Assembly: GCA_019694145.1 (NCBI GenBank)
Contig: JAIBCJ010000003.1
Coordinates: forward strand, 1,736-65,735
Reading direction: 5' to 3'
From: Solirubrobacterales bacterium
GTDB taxonomy: Bacteria > Actinomycetota > Thermoleophilia > Solirubrobacterales > 70-9
DNA: 64,000 bases
Shown here piece after piece: positions 63,154 through 64,000 of the stretch (positions are counted from its first letter, which is position 1; every line of letters begins with the position of its first letter). The notes under the pieces are model-generated. The model worked only from the letters and a program-made list of their open reading frames with translations, did no database searches and was not told the origin of the DNA. Position numbers and translations under genes: made by a program.

Positions 63154-63642
63154 TCAGGCGGCTTCGATCTTGGTGATCTTGAACTGCTTCTCCGGACCGC
63201 GCGGGGCCGGGATCTTGACGATCTGGTTGACCTTGCCACCGATCAGGGCGGCGCCGATCGGCGACTCGCTCGAAAGCTTGCCCTGGGCGAGGTCGGCCTC
63301 GGTCGAACCGACGATCTGGAACTTCTTCGAGTCACCCGAGTCCTGATCCTTGATGTGGACGATCGAGCCGAACGAGACTTCGCCCTTCTCGGCCGAACCC
63401 TCTTCCACGACAGTCGAGCGGCGCAGGCGCTCCTCGAGCTGGACGATCTGCGCTTCGAGCTGGGCCTGCTCGTTCTTGGCGTCGTCGTACTCGGCGTTCT
63501 CGGAAATGTCACCGAAGTCACGGGCTTCCTTGATCCGGTCGGCCACCTCGCGACGGCGTACCGTCGACAGATACTCGACCTCTTCTTCGAGCTTCTTCAG
63601 ACCTTCGGGCGTGATTTCAGACTGGCGACTCACAGGTATCAA
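63154..63642 (-). CDS. greA: Transcription elongation factor GreA
   Basis: ITPEGLKKLEEEVEYL coiled-coil N-domain and C-terminal FKBP-like domain. The true start may be GTG 63633, which has RBS AGAGG 9 nt upstream. Confidence 0.9.
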   Translation of the reverse strand: MIPVSRQSEITPEGLKKLEEEVEYLSTVRRREVADRIKEARDFGDISENAEYDDAKNEQAQLEAQIVQLEERLRRSTVVEEGSAEKGEVSFGSIVHIKDQDSGDSKKFQIVGSTEADLAQGKLSSESPIGAALIGGKVNQIVKIPAPRGPEKQFKITKIEAA

Positions 63643-63738
63643 CCTCTCTTGGGAAGGCCGGCAATCGAAGCCCGGCCCTGAAAATGACGAACGCCCTGAG
63701 CGGCACCAGGGGGTACCGGCAGGGCAGCGGACGGGCGA

Positions 63739-64000
63739 TTATAACGAGGAGTTGCTCGTGGCCAGGGACTGGGTCAGGATCCGGGCAAAGCGGTCCGGAT
63801 CCTCAACCTGCGGGTAATGCCCCAGTTCCGGCATGCGGACCACCGGGAGATCCGGCCTCATGTCAAGCAGGCCGTCGAGGATGTCGGGTACTGCAACCGG
63901 ATCCTGCATGCCCCAGGCGAGGTGAAGATCGCCTTTCCATCGGGAAACCGCGCCGTGCCAGCGGTCGGCGTAGATCGCCCGTTCGTCCATGTACGAGACC
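63739..64000 (-). CDS. Alpha/beta hydrolase, C-terminal part (gene continues beyond the window)
   Basis: The frame is open to the window edge. The C-terminal catalytic-His region (ELGHYPQVEDPDRFARIL) is typical of the alpha/beta-hydrolase fold. Confidence 0.5.
   Translation of the reverse strand, partial: VSYMDERAIYADRWHGAVSRWKGDLHLAWGMQDPVAVPDILDGLLDMRPDLPVVRMPELGHYPQVEDPDRFARILTQSLATSNSSL

Noticed and set aside
63643-63738. greA leader hairpin (GGCCGG-N10-CCGGCC) and TATAAT box near 63743..63748 as a regulatory RNA
   Set aside because: It is equally explained as the terminator of the upstream hydrolase gene plus a normal promoter. There is not enough evidence from sequence alone.

Overview
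High-GC bacterial chromosomal segment, roughly mid-60s % GC from hand counts of a few lines. Gene content and order suggest a deep-branching Actinomycetota/Terrabacteria lineage (inference). About 60 protein genes and one tRNA can be supported. All calls come from reading motifs in the supplied translations and sequence; no searches were run.

Backbone genes:
- ABC-2 permease
- lysA-hom-thrC operon
- thiolase / 3-hydroxyacyl-CoA dehydrogenase divergent pair
- pterin dehydratase, rhomboid protease, ECF sigma/anti-sigma pair
- an in-frame PlsC-GpsA fusion
- PepSY + OmpR/HK two-component module
- a long minus-strand conserved block: greA-lysS ... clpC ... radA-disA-carD-ispD ... ispF ... cysS-rlmB-sigH-tRNA-Thr

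Accessory material:
- An AT-richer mosaic patch at ~7.7-12.2 kb. It carries a type II R-M pair (C5-cytosine methyltransferase + BsuBI/PstI-like endonuclease) and vapBC, and it abuts an arsB-like permease that looks 5'-truncated.
- Five large exported proteins with unrelated passenger regions. All end in a Lys/Arg-rich beta-strand-like tail.
- A ~9 kb cassette (PHP phosphatase, 2276-aa DUF11-repeat surface protein, L,D-transpeptidase) wedged between ispD and ispF with operon-like spacing.

No rRNA, CRISPR array, integrase or transposase was recognised.

The two best leads for something undescribed are both hypotheses from sequence reading only:
1. The recurrent basic C-terminal tail may be a surface-retention or sorting module.
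2. The ispD/ispF-embedded giant surface protein is tightly coupled to an L,D-transpeptidase.
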